Shown piece after piece: positions 49,644 to 58,368 of a stretch of DNA of 64,000 nucleotides; within the stretch, counting starts at the first letter, position 1, and the number at the start of each line of letters is the position of its first letter. The notes under the pieces were generated by a model that saw only the letters and a program-made list of their open reading frames with translations, ran no database searches and was not told the DNA's origin. The stretch lies in the NCBI RefSeq assembly GCF_004353825.1, contig NZ_SMNA01000005.1, positions 124,001 through 188,000 of the forward strand. Reading direction: 5' to 3'. A program made the translations under genes and the position numbers. The stretch is from Occultella glacieicola (GTDB lineage Bacteria; Actinomycetota; Actinomycetes; Actinomycetales; Beutenbergiaceae).

Positions 49644-50225
49644 ATGAGCACCGGCCGAGCACTCCTCGTCGTGGACGTCCAACCCACCTTCTGCGAGGGC
49701 GGCGCCCTCGCGGTCGACGGCGGCAATGCGGTTGCCGAGCGCGTCGCCGAGTTCGCGCGTGGTCGTCGGGGCGACTACGACCTGGTGGTCACCACCCAGG
49801 ACTGGCACATCGACCCGGGCCCGCACTTCTCGGACACCCCCGACTTCGTGGACTCCTGGCCACCGCACGGCGTGGCCGGCACCCCCGAGGCGGAACTGCA
49901 CCCGGCACTGGCGGACCTGGCCCCCGACGCCTCGGTGAAGAAGGGCCAGTACGCGGCCGCCTACTCCGGGTTCGAGGGGGTCGACGCGGACGGGCGCTCC
50001 CTCACCGAGATCCTGACCGCCGCGGACATCGCGGACGTGGACGTCGTCGGCATCGCCGAGTCCCACTGCGTCCGCGAGACCGCCCTGGACGCCCTCGACC
50101 TGCACCTGAACACGCGCGTGCTCACGGACCTGACCGTGCCGGTGAGCGCCCAGCAGGGCGAGGCGGCCCGCGCCGAACTGGCCGCCGCCGGGGTGGTGCT
50201 GGCTCGCTCGGACGAGATCGCGTAG
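49644..50225 (+). CDS. pncA: Nicotinamidase/pyrazinamidase (isochorismatase family)
   Basis: VDVQPTFCEGGAL, QDWHIDPGPHFS, WPPH, KG...AYSGF, GIAESHCV. Confidence 0.9.
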   Translation: MSTGRALLVVDVQPTFCEGGALAVDGGNAVAERVAEFARGRRGDYDLVVTTQDWHIDPGPHFSDTPDFVDSWPPHGVAGTPEAELHPALADLAPDASVKKGQYAAAYSGFEGVDADGRSLTEILTAADIADVDVVGIAESHCVRETALDALDLHLNTRVLTDLTVPVSAQQGEAARAELAAAGVVLARSDEIA

Positions 50226-50301
50226 TCCGCGTCCGGCGGGCGGGGCTCGACCGCTCGCTCGAGCGGAACCGGGCCTGACCGCGCGGCCGCCTCGCACCGA
50301 C

Positions 50302-50709
50302 TCAGTCGCGCAGCACCTGCCACATCCCCAGCATCTCCTTCGCCTCCCAGCCGAGCGAGCGGTAGAGCACCTCGGCCTCCGGCGTCGCGAACAGCCCGAT
50401 GAAACGGTGGCCCGGGGCATGGTCGCGGACCTGCCGCACCAGGGCGTCGACGATGGCCCGGCCGACTCCACGGCGCCGGTGGTCGGGATGAACCGCGACG
50501 TCCTCGATGTAGAAGTAGAAGGCGCCGTCGCCGACCACTCGGCCCATCCCGATGAGACCGTCGTCGTCGTGGACCACGACACCGCAGGTCGAGCCGGCCA
50601 GGGAGGCGGGCATGGACTCCCACCAGAACGCCTCACCCCAGCCGACGGCCTCGGCGAGGACCCGGTGCTCCTGCGTCGTGGGCACCCGGTCCGTGACGGT
50701 GTACGGCAT
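50302..50709 (-). CDS. GNAT family N-acetyltransferase
   Basis: IEDVAVHPDHRRRGVG, LYRSLGW; RBS GGAGG. Confidence 0.9.
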   Translation of the reverse strand: MPYTVTDRVPTTQEHRVLAEAVGWGEAFWWESMPASLAGSTCGVVVHDDDGLIGMGRVVGDGAFYFYIEDVAVHPDHRRRGVGRAIVDALVRQVRDHAPGHRFIGLFATPEAEVLYRSLGWEAKEMLGMWQVLRD

Positions 50710-50741
50710 GGTCACCTCCGTGTCGGATGGTCCTTCGCCAC

Positions 50742-51203
50742 CTACGCCTCGCCAGGAAGCCGTGGCGGCTCGTCGAGGTCGGGCACCCGTCCGATCCCCT
50801 GGGCGTCATCGCCGTGTTCCTCGATGAACGCGGTGAAGATCTCCGTGCGCAGCGCGGCCACCCGATCGGCGAGCGCCGCGCGCTCGGCCTTCGTGGTGCC
50901 GGGCGCGGTCAGCAGCTGGGCCGCGTGCTCGCAGTGGGACAGCCGCTTCGACCACGCCTCCGCGCGGCGGGACTCGTCGGCGTCGTCGGCGGAGGCGGCG
51001 AGGTAGGCGACCTGGTCGCGGAGCACCTCGATCGTGGCGAGCACGTCCTGGACGGCCGTGCCCTTGCGCCGGGCAAGCCGGTTCGCCTGGTCCTGGATGC
51101 TCTGCCAGATCTCCGGGTTCGCCTTGATCAGCTCGACCGCCTTCGGCAGGAACGGGCCGATCCACTTGATCGTGTCGACGATCGCCTTGCGGTTCACGGC
51201 CAC
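50742..51203 (-). CDS. Hypothetical protein (alpha-helical)
   Basis: RBS AAGGGGG, coding-like codon bias; no recognisable motif. Confidence 0.75.
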   Translation of the reverse strand: MAVNRKAIVDTIKWIGPFLPKAVELIKANPEIWQSIQDQANRLARRKGTAVQDVLATIEVLRDQVAYLAASADDADESRRAEAWSKRLSHCEHAAQLLTAPGTTKAERAALADRVAALRTEIFTAFIEEHGDDAQGIGRVPDLDEPPRLPGEA

Positions 51204-51263
51204 GGGCGCGCCCCCTTGTCTCCGGGGTGCCTCGCACCCGACTGCGCCCAGGCTACTTGGCCG

Positions 51264-52133
51264 CTAGCGGGCCCGCAGCGCCGCCTCGTACAGTTCCCGC
51301 CGGCTCACCCCGTGCGCGGCGGCCACGGTCGCGGCCGCCTCCTTGAGCCGTTCCCCCGCCTCGATCCGGGCGAGCACCTCGTCCACATGGTCGGCGGGCT
51401 CGGAGGCCGACGGCGTCGCACCGGCGACCACGACGGTGATCTCGCCGCGCACTCCGTCCGCGGCCCACCTGGCCAGGTCGGTCAGCGGTCCGCGGCGCAC
51501 CTGCTCGTAGGTCTTCGTCAGTTCCCGGCAGACGGCGGCGGCCCGGTCGGCGCCGAACGCGTCGGCCATCGCGGCGAGGGTGTCGGCGATCCGGTGCGGT
51601 GACTCGAAGAACACCATCGTGCGTGGCTCGTCGGCCAGGGCGGCGAGGGCGCGGGCCCGCTCACCCGGTCTGCGGGCCACGAACCCCTCGAACGTGAAAC
51701 GGTCGCTCGCCAGCCCGGAGAGGGCGATCGCGGTGAGCACCGCGCTCGGGCCGGGCACGGCGGTGACCCGCACCCCCGCGTCCGCGGCTGCCCGCACCAC
51801 CCGGAAACCCGGGTCGGAGACGCCCGGCATGCCGGCGTCGGAGACCACCAGGACCGTGTCCCCCTCCTGTGCGGCGGCGACGAGCACCTGGGCCCGCTCG
51901 GACTCGTTGTGCTCGTGGTAACTGATCACCTTCGAGGTGAGGGTGACGTCGAGTCGCGCGGCGAGGGCGCGCAGCCGGCGGGTGTCCTCGGCGGCGATCA
52001 GGTCCGCCCGACGGAGCAGTTCCACGAGGCGGGGCGGGGCGTCACCGGTGTCCCCGATCGGGGTGGCGGCGAGCACGATCACACCGGATCCGCCGTCGGG
52101 GTCGGGATCGGTGCCCGCGCGATCGTTTGCCAC
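51264..52133 (-). CDS. rsmI: 16S rRNA C1402 2'-O-methyltransferase
   Basis: ATPIG, AEDTR, VSDAGMPGVSDPG, PGPSA, FESPHR, RELTK. Confidence 0.97.
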   Translation of the reverse strand: MANDRAGTDPDPDGGSGVIVLAATPIGDTGDAPPRLVELLRRADLIAAEDTRRLRALAARLDVTLTSKVISYHEHNESERAQVLVAAAQEGDTVLVVSDAGMPGVSDPGFRVVRAAADAGVRVTAVPGPSAVLTAIALSGLASDRFTFEGFVARRPGERARALAALADEPRTMVFFESPHRIADTLAAMADAFGADRAAAVCRELTKTYEQVRRGPLTDLARWAADGVRGEITVVVAGATPSASEPADHVDEVLARIEAGERLKEAAATVAAAHGVSRRELYEAALRAR

Positions 52134-52166
52134 GTCTGCCAGTGTGCCCCACTTACACTCGTGCGG

Positions 52167-54059
52167 GTGAGCCGGTCAGCAGAGGGGGCGCCCGACGTCG
52201 AGGCCTCCGGCGACGCCGCAGGATCCGGCCCGACGGACTCGCCGGCCCCATCCGGCACGCCCGACGCGACGGGCTCGACGGTCCAGGCCGGCCCGGCCGA
52301 CGCGACGGCCTCGACGGGCCTATCCAGCCCGGCCGGTCCAACCGGACCGGCCGCACCCGCCCAGGGCCGCGACCACTCGACGCAACCTCGCGCGCAGCAC
52401 GCCGCCCCCGCCGTCGGGCGCGTCACCCGGCTCCGCGAGGCGATGCGCGCACCGAAACTGACCTACGCGGGCCGTACCCGCGAGCAGATCGAGCAGAGCC
52501 TGCTGACCCGACTGCACATGGCTTCGATCCCGGGGTCGCAGCTCTGGGCGTGGCTCGGGCCCGCACTCGTGACCGCGTTCGCCGCGGTGCTCCGCCTGGC
52601 CTATCTCGACCGGCCGGCCCGGCTCGTGTTCGACGAGACCTACTACGTCAAGCAGGCCTACTCGCTGCTCGTGCTCGGCTACGAGGGCGACTGGAACGAG
52701 GAGCCCGACGAGAACTTCGCCGCCGGCGACTACTCCGACCTGCAGACCACCGCCGACTACGTGGTGCACCCCGGCGTGGGCAAGTGGATGATCGCCGCCG
52801 GGATCCGGCTGCTCGGCGTGGACAGCCCGTGGGGCTGGCGGATCAGCGCCGCCGTGATCGGCACGATCAGCGTGTTCCTGCTCGCCAGGATCGCCCGGCG
52901 GCTGTTCGGCTCGACCCTGCTCGGCTGCACCGCCGCGCTGTTCCTGGCGATCGACGGCATCCACATCGTGATGTCCAGGATCTCGATCCTGGACATCTTC
53001 CTGTCCTTCTGGGTGCTCGCCGCGTTCGGGGCGCTGCTCCTGGACCGGGAGCGACATCGGCGCCGACTCGCTAGCGCCGCCGCCGCCGAGATCGCCGAAC
53101 GCGGATCGATCCGGGATCCCTGGGGTCCGAGGGTCGGCGTGCGCTGGTGGCTGGTGGTGGCCGGGGTGTGCCTGGGCCTGGCGTGCGGCGTGAAGTGGTC
53201 GGGCATCTACGCCGTGGCCGTGTTCGGGTTGTTCGCCGTCGCGTGGACGATCAGCGCCCGCCGGGCGATCGGGGTACGGCTGTGGGTGGGGGCCGGCGCG
53301 CTGCGTGACGGCGTGCCCGCCTTCGTCGCGATGGTCCCGACGGCGGCGCTCACCTACGTCCTGACCTGGCTGCCGTGGTGGCTGAGCCCGAACTCCTACA
53401 ACCGGCACTGGGCCACCGAGGTGAACGCGGTCGCGGAGGTGCCCGAGCGCACCTGGATGCCGGACTGGCTGAACTCCTGGTGGGAGTACCACCTGAAGAT
53501 GTGGGAGTTCCACAACAACCTGGTCTCCGAGCACACCTACATGTCGAAGCCGTGGGGGTGGCTGCTCCAGTGGCGGCCAACCTCATTCGCGTGGCGCGAC
53601 ATCAAGGCGGACGCCGGTGCCATGGACGTGTGCGGCGCCGAACGGTGCGCTGGCGCCATCCTGGCCGTCGGCAACCCGGTGATCTGGTGGGGCGGGGCAC
53701 TGGCGCTGATCCTCGTGATCTGGGCCGCCGTGCGCCGCCGGGACTGGCGGGCCTGGGCGATCCTGGCCGGCTACCTCGCGATGTACCTGCCCTGGTTCGC
53801 CTACTCGGCCCGCACCATCTTCACGTTCTACACCGTCGCGTTCGTGCCGTTCGTGGCGCTCGCGCTGGCCTACGTGATCGGGGAGCTGATCGGCCCGCGG
53901 GACCTTCCCCTGTCCGAGCGCCGCCCCGGGATCTGGACGGCCGCCGTCATCGTGGTGCTCGCGCTCGCCGTCTCCGCGTTCTACTGGCCGATCTGGAGCA
54001 ACCAGTGGGTGCCGTACACGTTCTGGCGACTGCACATGCTGCTGCCCACCTGGGTCTAG
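52167..54059 (+). CDS. pmt: Polyprenyl-phosphate-mannose:protein O-mannosyltransferase
   Basis: VFDETYY, VHPGVGKWMI, WGWR, SR..ILD, GVKWSG, GNP..WW, LPTW; divergent from rsmI. Start inferred. Confidence 0.92.
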   Translation: MSRSAEGAPDVEASGDAAGSGPTDSPAPSGTPDATGSTVQAGPADATASTGLSSPAGPTGPAAPAQGRDHSTQPRAQHAAPAVGRVTRLREAMRAPKLTYAGRTREQIEQSLLTRLHMASIPGSQLWAWLGPALVTAFAAVLRLAYLDRPARLVFDETYYVKQAYSLLVLGYEGDWNEEPDENFAAGDYSDLQTTADYVVHPGVGKWMIAAGIRLLGVDSPWGWRISAAVIGTISVFLLARIARRLFGSTLLGCTAALFLAIDGIHIVMSRISILDIFLSFWVLAAFGALLLDRERHRRRLASAAAAEIAERGSIRDPWGPRVGVRWWLVVAGVCLGLACGVKWSGIYAVAVFGLFAVAWTISARRAIGVRLWVGAGALRDGVPAFVAMVPTAALTYVLTWLPWWLSPNSYNRHWATEVNAVAEVPERTWMPDWLNSWWEYHLKMWEFHNNLVSEHTYMSKPWGWLLQWRPTSFAWRDIKADAGAMDVCGAERCAGAILAVGNPVIWWGGALALILVIWAAVRRRDWRAWAILAGYLAMYLPWFAYSARTIFTFYTVAFVPFVALALAYVIGELIGPRDLPLSERRPGIWTAAVIVVLALAVSAFYWPIWSNQWVPYTFWRLHMLLPTWV

Positions 54060-54081
54060 CGACAGTCCGGGAGCGCCCGGT

Positions 54082-54867
54082 TCAGTAGTACTCCGCGGGG
54101 AGCGCGCCGGTCAGCCAGGGCAGTTCGTTGTCGCGGATGAACGCGGACAGGGTCTGATCGCGGGGCAGGACCCGCGGCAGCCAGGCCTCGAGCCGGTCGA
54201 TCAGCATGGCCGCGTCGCCGGGATCCGCCCCGGTGAGGATCCGCTGCCAGGTCTCGGTGAACCCGTCCGGGACGTCCGGCAGGCCGGCGAGCGTCGCGGT
54301 GACGTACTTCTGCCCGCGGAACAGGGTGCGGTTCACTGCGAGCACGCACCGGGCGGCGGCCAGCGCCAGGTGCAGGGCGGCGTGGCGGCGGAGGAACTCG
54401 TCACCGGAGGCGTTGGCCTGGGCGAGGAAATAGCGGCCGTGCAGCCGGGCCTGGGCGAGGTGGGCGTCCACGCGACGGTCCCACTCCTGCTCGGGCAGGA
54501 TCGCGAGCGCGGCGATGGTCTCCTCGATCTCGGGCAGTCGGCTGATCACCACCCGGGCACCGGCGAACGAGGCCCGGGTGGGATCGTCGGCGCGCTCCGC
54601 CGCCACCGCGAGGTACCGCGGGCAGGCGAGCTTCACGTCCACGTAGCCACCCGGGTAGTCCTCGTCGTGGCGCTCGCTCCAGGCCAGCCGGTTCACCTGC
54701 GCCGCCGCCTGCCAGGCGTCGTCGTCGACGACGAGGTAGACGTCGACGTCGCTGCCCGGGCGTTCGGTACCGCGGGCAACGGAGCCGACGAGCACGACGG
54801 CGAGGGTCGCCTCCTGCGTGGCGGCGTCGGCGGCGTAGCGGGCCAGGGCGTCCTCGTGGTGGCGCAC
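54082..54867 (-). CDS. Nucleotidyltransferase-domain protein (Pol-beta superfamily)
   Basis: VVLVGSVARGTERPGSDVDVYLVV plus a helical C-terminal domain. Confidence 0.85.
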   Translation of the reverse strand: MRHHEDALARYAADAATQEATLAVVLVGSVARGTERPGSDVDVYLVVDDDAWQAAAQVNRLAWSERHDEDYPGGYVDVKLACPRYLAVAAERADDPTRASFAGARVVISRLPEIEETIAALAILPEQEWDRRVDAHLAQARLHGRYFLAQANASGDEFLRRHAALHLALAAARCVLAVNRTLFRGQKYVTATLAGLPDVPDGFTETWQRILTGADPGDAAMLIDRLEAWLPRVLPRDQTLSAFIRDNELPWLTGALPAEYY

Positions 54868-54876
54868 CGGTGCCGC

Positions 54877-55710
54877 TCAGCCCTTGACCGCGCCGGACGT
54901 CATCCCGGAGACGATCTGCCGGTTGAAGAAGATGTACATCACCAGCGGCGGGATCGTGATCAGGAAGATGTTCATGAACAGCAGGTTCCACTGGCTCATC
55001 GTCTGGCTCTGGAAGTTGTACAGCGTGAGCTGGACCGTGGGGTTGTCGCTGCCCGGCAGGAAGTACAGCGGTCCGGTGAAGTCGTTGAAGACGTTCACGG
55101 CCTGCACCACGATGACCGTGATCACCACGGGCCGCAGCAGCGGCAGCACCACCTGGAAGAAGAGCCGCACCGGTCCCGCCCCGTCGATGATCGCGGCCTC
55201 GTCCAGTTCCCTCGGGATCGTCGAGACGAATGCGCGGAACAGCAGGATGCAGAACGAGAGCCCGAACGTGGCCTCGATGAAGATCATCCCCGGCATGGTC
55301 TTGAACAGCCCGATGGTCTGCAGCACCCAGATCGTCGGCACCACGGCCGGCGGCACGATCAGCCCGGCCAGCACGAGGACGTTCACCAACGGGTTCCAGC
55401 GCGAGGAGCGCCGCTGCAGCACGTAGCCGACCATCGCCGCCATCACCACCATCAGCGTCACCGAGACCACGGTGAGCACGGTGCTGTTCACGAACGCCCG
55501 CACGAGCATGTAGTCGCGGGTCTGCATGACCTGGACGAAGTTCTCCCAGAGCAGCCACTGGCTCGGCAGCGACATGTCCAGCAGGGAGGCCTCCGACGCC
55601 GACTTCGCTGCGGTCAGGAAGATGAACGCGAACGGGATCAGGAACACCACGATCGAGACGAGCACCGCGGCGGCACCGACCAGGTTGCGTTGGAGGGCCC
55701 TGGTCCTCAT
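54877..55710 (-). CDS. Carbohydrate ABC transporter permease (MalG-like)
   Basis: IPRELDEAAIIDGAG EAA motif. Confidence 0.95.
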   Translation of the reverse strand: MRTRALQRNLVGAAAVLVSIVVFLIPFAFIFLTAAKSASEASLLDMSLPSQWLLWENFVQVMQTRDYMLVRAFVNSTVLTVVSVTLMVVMAAMVGYVLQRRSSRWNPLVNVLVLAGLIVPPAVVPTIWVLQTIGLFKTMPGMIFIEATFGLSFCILLFRAFVSTIPRELDEAAIIDGAGPVRLFFQVVLPLLRPVVITVIVVQAVNVFNDFTGPLYFLPGSDNPTVQLTLYNFQSQTMSQWNLLFMNIFLITIPPLVMYIFFNRQIVSGMTSGAVKG

Positions 55711-56627
55711 CGCTCCACCTCCCGCCTGTTGAACCAGATCGAGATCGGTACGACGATCGCGGTCACCACCACGAACAGCACCACGTTGCCCGCGGTCGAC
55801 AGTCCGAAGAATCCGGCCTGGTACTGCTTGTAGATCACGGACCCGATCACGTCGCTGGTGAAGCCCGGGCCGCCGCGGGTCATCGCCCAGATCAGGTCGA
55901 ACGCGCGCAGCCCGCCGATCAGCGAGAGCAGCACCACGGTGGTGGTGGCCGGCCGGACCAGCGGCACCGTGATCCGCCAGAACCGGTGCCACGCGTTCGC
56001 GCCGTCCACCCGGGCCGCCTCGTAGTACTCCTGCGGGATGGCGGCGATCCCGGCGATGTAGATCAGGGTCGCGATGCCGACGCCCTTCCAGACGTCCACG
56101 AGGGCGATCGAGAACAGCGCCAGCGACGGGTCGGTCAGCCACCCGGGACCGGTGATCCCGACCAACGCGAGGGCTTCGTTGATCACGCCGTCGAACGGAT
56201 CCATGAGCATCTTGAACGTGATGCCGACGCCGATCGTGGAGACCAGCACTGGGAAGAACACCACCGAGCGCAGGTACCCGCGAGCAGCGAGCTGGGAGGT
56301 GAGGAACACCCCGAGCAGCAGCCCCAGCACCACCTTCGAGGCCGACGTCAGGAACCCGAAGATGAACGTGTTCGTGAACCCGCGCAGCAGCATCGGCTCG
56401 CTGAAGAACTGGACGAAGTTGTCCAGGCCGATGAACTCGGCCTCGAACAGGGTCCACCTGGTCAGGCTGAAGTACAGCGAGGCGAACGTCGGCACCGCGA
56501 ACAGGACCAGGTAGAACACCCCGGCCGGGATGTAGAACCAGGTCGGGTACGAACTCTTGATCGGTCGGCGCTTGCGCGGCTCGACCGCGTCATCCGCGCT
56601 CGGGCGGTTGGCAACCAGGGTCGTCAT
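55707..56627 (-). CDS. Carbohydrate ABC transporter permease (MalF-like)
   Basis: FIGLDNF, IPQEYYEAARVDGAN. Confidence 0.95.
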   Translation of the reverse strand: MTTLVANRPSADDAVEPRKRRPIKSSYPTWFYIPAGVFYLVLFAVPTFASLYFSLTRWTLFEAEFIGLDNFVQFFSEPMLLRGFTNTFIFGFLTSASKVVLGLLLGVFLTSQLAARGYLRSVVFFPVLVSTIGVGITFKMLMDPFDGVINEALALVGITGPGWLTDPSLALFSIALVDVWKGVGIATLIYIAGIAAIPQEYYEAARVDGANAWHRFWRITVPLVRPATTTVVLLSLIGGLRAFDLIWAMTRGGPGFTSDVIGSVIYKQYQAGFFGLSTAGNVVLFVVVTAIVVPISIWFNRREVER

Positions 56628-56716
56628 GTGATCTCCAGTGATCTCCGGCGGCCGCCTCAGCCGGTGGCGGTGAGGCGGCCGCGCGGGAGGGTTCGGTTAT
56701 CAGGACTCCGTGGCGG

Positions 56717-58036
56717 CTACCACCCTTCCAGGCCCAGTTGCTGGGCCTGCTTCTCGACGTCCTGGTCGTACAGGGCGGCCGCGTCGGCGGCCGGGCGGAT
56801 CCCGGAGCCGACCTCGACCGTCAGCTGCTCCAGGTTCGGCCCCTTGATCGGCGAGAGGAACTCCAGCGCCGGCCCCGTCTGGCCGGCGTCGAAGTAGGCC
56901 TGAACCTCGGTCAGGGTGGGCGGCGCATCGTCGGGCAGGGTGCAGGCATCCGTGGCGAACGGACCGCTCGGGCCGAGGGTGTCGGTCTGGATACGGCAGC
57001 CTTCCTCGGACAGCGCGAACGCGATGAAGCGCTTCGCTGCCTCGAGTTCATCGCCCTCGGTGGTGTTCGGGATGTACATGGCATTGGGCAGCCACACCGT
57101 CAGCCGAGTGTCGGCAGCATCCTGCGCCGGCAGGGCGAAGACACCGACGTCCTCGATATTGTCCGCATAGTTCTGCCTCACAGCCCCGATGGCGGACGTC
57201 AGGATCGGGTAGTGCGCCCCCTCGCCGGTGGCGAGCATCCGGACGCCGTCGTCATAGAGCGCGGAGGCGAAGTCCTCGTTGAAGTAACCGGCCTCGTGCG
57301 CCTCCTGCTGGTTCGCGAAGCCCTGCAGCGCCGGCTCATCCACGTAGAAGCGGTTGTGCGCGGTGTACTCCTGCGCCCAGTCCGGGTCCTGCGCGGCGAC
57401 GTTCGCGAAGTCGCCGAGCACGAACAGTTGGCTGGTCCAGGTGTCGCCGTAGGTCTGGATGATCGGGGCCGCGATGCCGGAGTCGAGGATCGCCTGATTG
57501 TTGGCCATGAAGGACGCCCAGTCCGTGGGCACCTCGAGGCCCAACTCCTCGTAGATGGGCTTGTTGTACATGATGGCGCCGGCCTGGGTGGTGCCCCACG
57601 GCGCCCCGTAGAACCCGTTGTCGGTGGAGACCACGGTGCGCATGTCCTCGACCAGGGAGTCGGCCCACTCCTGGTCCGAGAGGTCCACCAGGTTCTGGTC
57701 CGGGTTCAGCGCCTGGAGCAGGGAGCCGGAGTTGTAGTGGAAGACGTCGGCCATCTCGCCGGTCGCGAGCTTCGTCTTCATCAGGTTGTCACCCTCGGTA
57801 CCACCGGGCTGGACCTCGAGGGTCACCACGACGTCCTCGTTCGCGGCGTTGAAGGCGTCGACCAGTTCCTGCGCCGCGGTGGCGCCGGGCTCCCCGTTCT
57901 GGCTCAGGAACGTGATCTCGACCGTGTCGCCGTCCCCACCGCCGCCGCCATCGGAACTACAGGCAGCCATGCCGACCACCAGTGCTGCCGCCCCGAGGAC
58001 GACCGAAGCCTTGCGGGTGCGTTGACGCATGCTCAT
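56717..58036 (-). CDS. Sugar ABC transporter substrate-binding lipoprotein
   Basis: Lipobox MAAC; SBP_bac_1-like sequence; RBS GAGGAGG. Confidence 0.95.
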   Translation of the reverse strand: MSMRQRTRKASVVLGAAALVVGMAACSSDGGGGGDGDTVEITFLSQNGEPGATAAQELVDAFNAANEDVVVTLEVQPGGTEGDNLMKTKLATGEMADVFHYNSGSLLQALNPDQNLVDLSDQEWADSLVEDMRTVVSTDNGFYGAPWGTTQAGAIMYNKPIYEELGLEVPTDWASFMANNQAILDSGIAAPIIQTYGDTWTSQLFVLGDFANVAAQDPDWAQEYTAHNRFYVDEPALQGFANQQEAHEAGYFNEDFASALYDDGVRMLATGEGAHYPILTSAIGAVRQNYADNIEDVGVFALPAQDAADTRLTVWLPNAMYIPNTTEGDELEAAKRFIAFALSEEGCRIQTDTLGPSGPFATDACTLPDDAPPTLTEVQAYFDAGQTGPALEFLSPIKGPNLEQLTVEVGSGIRPAADAAALYDQDVEKQAQQLGLEGW

Positions 58037-58082
58037 CCTTTACCTCCTCGTAAAGTCGCCGACCTCGATGACGGCTCAGCAC

Positions 58083-58103
58083 GAACCGATTGAATCGGTT
58101 CAA
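58083..58103. promoter_or_regulatory. LacI-type operator TTGAATCGGTTCAA upstream of the ABC operon
   Basis: Central-CG palindrome 58090-58103; overlapping inverted repeat GAACCGAT-TGA-ATCGGTTC. Confidence 0.65.
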
Positions 58104-58281
58104 ACGTGTAGTCACTCTACGTGCGTTCCGCAGCGCCGTCAACGGCACGGAACAACAATTCGACAACGACGCCCCGCCACTGCCCCTCGTGGTCCGTGGC
58201 GATCCGTCGACTCAGTTCCGGCTCCGTCGAGTCAGTCGTCACGACCCGACTGCCTCGAGACCCCGGCGACTGACGCGCCCA

Positions 58282-58311
58282 TTGACAAGCACGCTTGGAA
58301 CGATTCAGGAT
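58282..58311 (+). promoter_or_regulatory. Rhamnosidase promoter: TTGACA -35 with LacI-type site TGGAACGATTCA in the spacer
   Basis: TTGACA at 58282-58287; operator-like site at 58296-58307. Confidence 0.6.
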
Positions 58312-58368
58312 GGCGTGGCGAGCCGCCCGCTTCGGCCCTCGAACCCCACCGCAAAGGAGCAGTGACCC

